Notes under the pieces: model-generated
What the model was told of the DNA's origin: nothing
Database searches by the model: none
The model's input: only the letters and a program-made list of their open reading frames with translations
NCBI RefSeq assembly: GCF_001194135.2
Contig: NC_068990.1
Location: forward strand, 80,463,640 to 80,508,284
DNA length: 44,645 nt
Origin: Octopus bimaculoides
Lineage: Eukaryota
Reading direction: 5' to 3'
Part shown: positions 35,901-44,645 of the stretch, in pieces
Numbering within the stretch: position 1 is the stretch's first letter
Layout of the letters: the number at the start of each line of letters is the position of its first letter
Position numbers and translations under genes: made by a program

Positions 35901-36699
35901 TCAAACATTAATATGACAATCATCAATATAGCCATAATAGTGTAAAGGCGATTTACAAGGAAGGTCTGAATTGCGATCTGTATCAGAGCGTGTAAACAAA
36001 GGAGAGAAACTTAATAGGACTGATCGCACGGAAATGGATAACACAGCTAACAGACATAAATGTAAAGTGTACTAGCATTCATTCAAATGCGAATACACAT
36101 GCATTGTCTTCATGGCCATCGGTATAGAGAATGATATTAATATATGTTTGACGGTGGTTTTCATACAGTTCAGTCATTTCTTTATTTTTGCTGGTTTGTT
36201 TCTGAAGGTATCAAAACGAGATACTCAGAACAGCGACATTGGAAAGTACCAACTTTAAAGAAATTAAGAAAATAAATCTTATATATAAAATGCCTCTTAC
36301 ACGTCTTTGTAAATCCAATTACACATATATACATGAGAATAAGCGTGTTTTTCAAAGAGAAAAAAATACACTAAGACACTCTATAGACATGGATGCTCGT
36401 ATATATGGTGGATTGGACAACATAAATGAGAGACATTAACACCCTAATATTACTGAGCTTGTTTTCGATTATCTAATTAGTTTCCAAAGTTTCATTGAAA
36501 ACTACAGAACTCAGCTTTAGTTATCCTAATTTAATTCGAGGTGCTTTAGATCAATCACTTATATTTCTGTCTTATATTTTCAATGACATACATACACACG
36601 CACGTTTCCTTTTTCAGGAGCACAATGAAGTATTGGTGAACAGCGTTGGAGAGCATAAATATTAAAGCTGTAGTTGAATGTTAGCTGATATAGAAGACA

Positions 36700-37383
36700 G
36701 GAAGCCATCTGAGAGTTGGATAAGAGTATCACGATTCTTCAAAATGTTGTCCCAATGACTGCTGTTTGATGCTCTGTAAATAATGTAAAGACCGTAAAAA
36801 CTGACGTGGACAGCTTCAACAAAGACTACGAAGCCGTGGTCTACAGGAAGGGAATACAGCCGGATTTCTGACTGCATCTGCACGCTGGAGATCGTCATCT
36901 ACACTCTTACGCATAATTAGGATAGCTATGTGAAGCTACTGGAACCTGTGGTCAAATAGAGGTTAGAGAGGGAGTATTGCTCCGGTGAGCCATATACGTT
37001 GCAACCTGTTAAAAGAATCAAAATTGGTTGTCGGAGAATTTCTACGACTTCAACATACCCAATTTCTGGCCTTCTAATAAACTGTAAACCTTATATGTAG
37101 GGTACTGTTGGAAAAGACATTGCTGACGTTGCTCGCAACATCAAGGCCGAGCTGGTACTCATCAATGTCAACATCAAGGTCAAGGAGATCTTCAAAGATC
37201 TCGGGGACTCAGTGATGAACACATACGCGGACTAAGGAACAGTCTTGAGGTCGTGGTAGAAGCTAAGGGTGGCTATTTTGAGGAAATTGCTATCTCGCAG
37301 CCATAGTTCATATGTTTCGGTTTTTTTAAAAAATGGACGGTATATCTTTTACTTTTATGAAAATTTCGACCGAACACCCAGTA
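36700..37383 (+). mobile_element. Internally deleted Tc1/mariner (DD37D/maT-like) remnant with right TIR
   Basis: YVKLLEPVVK*RLER..PY; WLSENFYDFNIPNFWP; KAEL..KEIFKDL; LEVVVEAKGGYFE; ends CACCCAG-TA at 37375-37383. Confidence 0.8.
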
Positions 37384-38645
37384 AGTACATATATATATTT
37401 TACCAGCTCTTATATCCAGGCTAAACATTTTTATTTGATCCAGTGATAATAGGTGCACCACTAGCCTACAATGTAGATATTTCGTAAAACCCTACAAAGC
37501 AAAACAAAAAACGAACGAATACACAGACAAGCAAACGAACAACGAAATCAAACGTATTCGCCTTTTCCGAGTAAAATCGATTAATTTTAAAGTGAAAACG
37601 TCTCAAACTTTTCAGGGAGTCTGCATTTGAGATCCAACAGATGAATATGCTCAAGCAATAACATGTACATATAGAGTAATCATAGATGCATAAAAATAGA
37701 AATAAAGTGAGACCCGTGTAATTAAAGGAGATATGCATCCGAGTGTTGTTTCACTTGAATAAAAGAACTTTGCTTCTTTGTTATCGGCCGGCTGGAATCC
37801 TGCAAAAGAAACATCTTATATAAATCTCAAAAAAAATACCCACGCACATACACGCACACGCACACACATACACATACATGCACACAGACACACAGACACA
37901 GACATGCACTCATACACACGCAACAATGCACACATCAAAATGCACATACACACACATGCACACGCAGAAATACATTCACAAACATACATACAAGTCAAAG
38001 AGGGCACCATTACGTAGTGATGTGCCTCACAAGAAATAACAGCGAAATCCCTCTAATATAGCTGCAATAGCACTTGATACCGCGTTAATAAAGGAAAAAA
38101 GATAAACAATAAAGGAAAAATGACCTATAGTGTAATCTTACGTACGTAGGATTTTATAGATAAGATAGTCCATGTAGGCTAGACCTCACCTGGAGTTCAA
38201 CGATAACAATAATCTTTAGTTCTGTGAATTTTGAACTTGAGTTGTGAGTGCAATGTAACTAAGTAGCTACACAATTTTATACGAAGCTTTTTAAGCTGAA
38301 ACCAACTCATCGATAGTATAGAATAAATGTTGTATTCATCAACACTTAGTCTGAAAATAAGTATACACCCACTATTTACTATGCTATAAACTAGTTTGTT
38401 TTGTTTGTGCTTAAATTTTCATTGGTTACTCCTAGATATTAGTTCTAAAAAGAGTGGTGAGGGAATCGATCAGGATGTAGTAATACAGTACATTCGACCA
38501 TGATCTTAAAAAGCTTCCTACGAAAGAGGTTTATCAGTTCCTCGGATCTCACTCGTTTCTCCCTCTCCTTCTCTCTCACAACTTACTCTTCACTCTGTCT
38601 TCCTATTCAATCAATACAAAGGTGTGTTCGCATGTACTTAGCTTA

Positions 38646-38694
<49 letters not shown>

Positions 38695-39289
38695 TCGTGT
38701 GTGTGTGCGTGCATGTATGTATACATAGAACATTACATACATACGCACGGACGCAGATGTACACACAGAGAGGCGCACGCACAAACAGCCGCACGCTTCA
38801 CTCACCTCTAAATGCCACTGAATAAATTTCTGTCTTCGTTTATATTTATCTGTCGTTAAGGAGGTATATTTTAATCCTCAATCAACTAATTCCCTGTTGT
38901 TTATGCTTTTCTTTTTCTATGTTATTGTTTACATTATTTGTTATATTATTGTCTACTCATTTAAACGATTGATAAAACTGAAATCAATAACTCTGCACTG
39001 AGTGAACCCCCACCCCTATCAACATCTTCACCCCCACCCCCACCGACTCACAAAGCAAACCATAACACTATCGATTGAGATCGACTTGTTTTCATAACGT
39101 ATTTCTTTTCTCTCTCTACTCACAATATATGCCATTAACTGAAGTGCAGCATGTAATCACACATGTTCACCATCATTGATATAATGAAAGGCTTTAACTG
39201 CTAACAAGCAGAACCGGTCTGTGGAGCGTGATAGATGAAGTGGGTGATCTGCTTGGCATGAAGAAATATATGTATTTTTAAAATCAAAC

Positions 39290-39690
39290 TCAAAACCTTC
39301 AGGTACAACAGACCTAAGAAACTCGCTGAAGGTCAATATTCACAAAGTATAAAAGAAACGCGTTTCTGCAGCAGCGTTACCAATATCTTTGATTTTGAAC
39401 TAGTATTACCTCTGTTTGCGAACATATTGGTTACAATGATCTTTGCCTTCTATGAAGGCCCACATATATTTTCTAGTTGTGTTGAATTACCAGAGAGATC
39501 TCTTCTCATTGTCCTTCTCGTGTTTCAAACACACCCCAGTGTTCTAATGATATTAAAATGTTGAAATATCTTTGGTAGTGACCTGACATCTGTATACTAT
39601 CAGTAATAAAGGAACACAGGTTTAGCAATGTAAGTTGAGAAGTCATTTGTTAATTTTCCAAGTCATTGAAACATCCTGAATAGAGGGGAC
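39290..39690 (-). mobile_element. Penelope-like GIY-YIG remnant (second copy)
   Basis: NCPLYSGCF, IVYRCQVTTKD, NSTQL(fs)KYMWAF on the minus strand. Confidence 0.6.
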
Positions 39691-39819
39691 AATTTACCGA
39701 TAAATTGGAATGAATATTATGAGCATATTGGTGTACCTATGCTTATCACCAAGTATCTATAAAAATGAAAAAAAACCAACAACCATTAACCATTTAAATG
39801 GTAATATAACAAATTCACA

Positions 39820-40058
39820 AGGCGGCGAGCTGGCAGAAACGTTAGTACGCTGGGCGAAATGCTTTACGGTATTTCGGCTGTCGTTACGTTCTGAGTTCAA
39901 ATTCCGTCGAGGTCCTTACCGAAATGACCAGCTTTCTATTTCATCGTTCGGGATCGATAAAAAAAGTACCAGTCGGACACTGAGGTTGGCGTAATCGATG
40001 AGCACCCCCACCAAAGACCACCAAAAAACTGCTGGCCTTGTGCTAAAATTTGAAACCA
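39820..40058 (+). mobile_element. Near full-length tRNA-derived SINE
   Basis: GGCGGCGAGCTGGCAGAAACGTTAG (A box), GAGTTCAAATTCC (B box), tail GGCCTTGTGCTAAAATTTGAAACC. Confidence 0.85.
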
Positions 40059-40726
40059 ATATTTTGGGTCTTTAATAGAATTGTAAAGCGAATAGAGACA
40101 CAGAATACTGTACTTCGTAAATTGCCTCGACCTGCTGTTTGTATCTCCAGTGCTTCTTATTTCTGATGTGAGCTGTGCTACTGCTAATGCAATTGCCATT
40201 GTATATTGAAAAGTTATGCATACGAAATACAATATTTTTATTCATTACTGTATTTTATCATGTAGATTAGTCTATGGGTATGTGCGTTCGTATATGGTTG
40301 TGTATTATTTGCTCGTAAATCTCCGAGAAGTGTCAAGTCCGTACTATGCTGATATTTACAAATTTTATATCAATATCTTTGTTTACACTGTTTTAGTTCA
40401 ACTGGTATTTCATTTGTATTCTTCTCTATTGATTTTATTAAATATTCACAATTCATATCTTTAGCATCTTTTCCTTCCTCAACTGAATTGCACATTTATA
40501 TGCAGAGACGGACTGAGGAGATAAGAATGAAGAAAGAATAGCACTGTTCTTCATAAATATATAATAATTTGTTACCATATTTTGAGGAGATTCGATTCAA
40601 TTCACCCCTGAATATATTACTGGGAACTTTATCAGCTCCAGAAAGAATAAAGAATCATCTTTAAAAGTTGGCAAATGTCAGAGTTGTTTTATAGAATCCA
40701 AAAAAATTACCTGTTATATTCCCAAT

Positions 40727-41266
<540 letters not shown>

Positions 41267-41989
41267 TGACAGTTCATACTTAGTAATTTGTTTAGTGTTT
41301 TATTGAGAAGAAACATTTCAAAACTGGATTGGATAAGATCTACATTTCAGACAAGAATATTACATTCAGAAGAGACAGTTCATATCTTCACCTTATCCTT
41401 AGTAAAAGTTAAGTTCACTAAATTCTTACCAGTGCATAGACATATACATGTACATATTTATACATGCACATATATCCACGCGTAAGCACACACTCATTCA
41501 TACACAGGCGCACGCACACACGCACACGCATGCAGACACATACATATTTATTTACGTACAAACACACATCTATGAATATTTACCTAAAAATAGGACTTAT
41601 TTCGCTACGGATCTCAAAGCATTATCAATGCAAATTTTATTAATAAGTAAACTACAAGTCAGAAAGTAACACACAGTACTTTTGATAAAACCTAGTCGTG
41701 GTAGAACAAAACAATATAAATCTGAGACAGATGACATTGCCGCTTACAACATCATTCTCATAGCCCACCTAGCGACAAAAAGAAAAAAAGAAAAAAAAGA
41801 AAACAAAGAAAAATGATTATTATAGCATTTCTGTCGCTACTTCATTCTGAAAATGTCTACAAGAAATTCTCGAAGCGTGTTAATAGATTTAATAACGATA
41901 ATGTGACAATCTATACCTAAAGCTATTATTTGAAATTAAATGTGTGATCTAAAGTTATTGAATAGGCCACCTTGCATCCAGGGCTCCCC

Positions 41990-42530
41990 CAGGCCAGATA
42001 CATCTCATACAACCCATTCTTAAACCCACTGTGGTGACCAGAAAGAGTTTAGAGAAGAAAGGGAGTCTACTTATCCACCGGGTGCCACTGGAGGTTAAGT
42101 GGTTCAATCTCCATAACCCACTGGGGTTCCTTTAGGAATCCCCTTAAAAGTTTACTCGTGGTTTTACATTAGCGGTTCCCACGTTGTGAGGGAAGCTCTC
42201 CCAAATGTTTCTTGTATGTTTCCATAGGCGTTCGCACCATTACCAGTGATTGTGGCACTTGAGCGATGCTGGTGCCGAAGATCTCATACTTTCTCTCAAT
42301 GTCTTTCCTTCTTGGTATGGGGGCCAAACATTCTTTAACAACACTCTTCTCTGGCTCACTAGCTCGAAGTTTTGGACATGTGTCATGAGCTCTTGCTTTT
42401 GAGGGTGGGTATTTTTCGCGGTGTGTTACAGTTGTAGTAGTAGTGTTGGCGGAACTATTTGTGGTAGCAGTGAACGTGTTGATGACTGTCGTGCTGGAGG
42501 GGTTGTTGTTGCTTTAAGTGTGTCTGTGGC
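41990..42530 (-). pseudogene. Decayed coding-like segment, possibly a LINE ORF1 5-prime part
   Basis: About 115 open codons (T/S/N-rich leader, then EKSVVKECLAPIPRRKDIERKYEIFG..HLGELPSQRG); continues past one stop to KEPQWVMEIEPLNLQWHPVDK; no upstream ATG. Confidence 0.35.
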
Positions 42531-43727
42531 TGTTGTGTGTGCACTTTCTATGATTTTTAGTGTGTTGATAAATCATATAATCGAACACAGACATATACTC
42601 ACCAAGACACACATATACCCGTTATGTATATTTTTGGTACCAAAAATATCCAGCTACAGGTGGAAGCTTATCAGGTACTCATGTAAACGCCCTCAGCCTC
42701 CATCTTAACTAGCCCAGCTGATGTTGGTTTAGTTATTCTCGCTAAAACGCAACGAAGGATTTGTTAATATATAAATGTAAGATTTGTTAATATATAAAAA
42801 CACTTAAATCAGCACGTGCTTATCGCGTGCGGTATAAACATTTACCTTTATTTTGTCACATCGTTGCTGGTAGCTTTTGTATTAAAGACTAAGTGCCCGG
42901 AGTTTAGTGTTGGAAAGTGTCAACGCGTGTCTAAACATAATTGGAATTTACTGTTATTCTAAGACTCCAGCTAGTCCGTAGCTCACGCAACTCTTTCGGC
43001 ACGTGGCGCGACATATATTTATCTTTGCAATGTATGTATGTATGTATGTATGTATGTATGCATGTATGTATGTATGTAAGTATGCATTATGTATGCATGT
43101 ATATATGAATGTATGGGAGTATGTGTGTGTGTGTGTGTGTATAAATTTATCTAGGTGTTTATATATACATATATAGATAGATGTATAAAGATATTCGCTT
43201 ATGTACACATACAGTCCTTGATAGACCTGAGTGTAAATCAAAATAGAAGAGGGTTAAGCGTGATACTAATTGCTTAGCGATATTCTAGCCATATTTATGT
43301 TGTTACAAGATTCAATAATGGTCTATGACGACTGCGAAGCGGAAGATGTTTATATTTTGATACGACATTGTTTGTTATAGATTCACCATACTCAACACTA
43401 ATACACAGTCATATCTGTCAACATCATCTCTCATATTACTCTCTTCAACAACTTTCTCACATTTTCTCTAACGCTTTTACTCTTATCTATTTTTCCCTCT
43501 ATTATTGTATATATTTTCACGAAAAACAGAGAAAAAAAACCCAGGAGCGATAGCCAGATAAACAAAGACAGCAAGGTAAACTTAATTTCACACGAAATAA
43601 TTCAGGAGTGCTTTCCTAGTGACTCTGTCTACTTGCCCATTTTATCCCGTATCTTTGTTTAGTACGTCTCGTACCGTAACTCGGTTTATTCATGTTTTCA
43701 TATATTACGTTTCCTTTTCACTTCTCA

Positions 43728-43770
<43 letters not shown>

Positions 43771-44349
43771 TCCTTGTCTGTGTTTCTGTCTTTCCGTCTG
43801 GTGAAGACCTATACTTCACAAAACTTCAGGTTTATATATGAATACATGCATAAACATATAGACATAAATATAAAAACAGACCTACGCGGATACGCTCACA
43901 GACAGACTCACACAGACACAGACAGACAAAGACACAGACACACAGACACACACACACACATCAGGAAATTCAGGAGCTATGAGTGGTGAATATGCCTTGG
44001 TCTCTGTGATAAACCTTAGGATGACGGCCGTTTGGCGACGTTCTACATGTAGTATTAATTTCACTCTGAAAAAATTATGCTTACATGTTTGCAATAACAT
44101 GAATGGTCATCATGGTAGAATACAATTGTATATTGACAGATAAATGCAAATAAAGAGAACTAGATTATTAGATCACCTCTACGATGGCATATCATATTTG
44201 GAAATTCTTGATCCTTGAGATGGTCTCCGCCTTTCATTGGGAAATACTCTCAAATAACATTTTATAACTGTGGTACATCCTCTGCATGCGGAAATAATAT
44301 CAATAAATGAAGAATTTGTTTTCTAAATATTGATACGTGGCTAGTATCC

Positions 44350-44481
44350 AGTATGCATGTATGTATGTAAGTATGCGTGTATGCATGTATGCATGTATGC
44401 TTGTATGTAAGAATGTATGTATGTATGTATGTAATATGTATGCATGTATATATAAGGTATCTATCTATCTATCTATCTATG

Positions 44482-44515
<34 letters not shown>

Positions 44516-44516
44516 C

Positions 44517-44584
<68 letters not shown>

Positions 44585-44601
44585 ATATCTATCTATCTAT
44601 A

Positions 44602-44644
<43 letters not shown>

Positions 44645-44645
44645 A
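44350..44645. repeat. (ATGT)n grading into (ATCT)n tetranucleotide microsatellite
   Basis: Direct reading. Confidence 0.95.

Noticed and set aside
39270-39575. About 100-codon stop-free plus frame
   Set aside because: Antisense to the Penelope GIY-YIG remnant; no ATG or convincing splice sites
44016-44046. GATGACGGCCGTTTGGCGACGTT as a hammerhead relic
   Set aside because: Both core segments are broken; cannot be distinguished from chance

Overview
AT-rich, microsatellite-dense eukaryotic scaffold with six N-gaps. The tRNA-derived SINE families resemble those I recall from octopus (coleoid cephalopod) genomes; this is inference from recall, not a search. No complete known protein-coding gene can be supported, and most ORF-track entries are microsatellite or N-gap artefacts. 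The window is mostly decayed transposons: Penelope-like RT and GIY-YIG remnants, RTE-type, CR1-like and RLE (R4/Dong-like) LINE fragments, two DD37D-like Tc1/mariner remnants and several SINEs. Four things stand out. (1) Five minimal type I hammerhead-ribozyme-like motifs lie in the first 7.2 kb; two share a CUGUUGA core variant inside a short (TA)n-bounded non-coding element. (2) A compact CpG-rich, TATA/CCAAT/E-box/C-EBP-driven intronless small-ORF unit sits at 3.8-4.6 kb (minus). (3) A diverged ~445-bp tandem duplication at 31.6-32.25 kb keeps TATA, ATG and splice donor in only one copy. (4) A very GC-rich 15-bp minisatellite is fused in frame to a Penelope RT remnant. All alignments and translations were done by eye.
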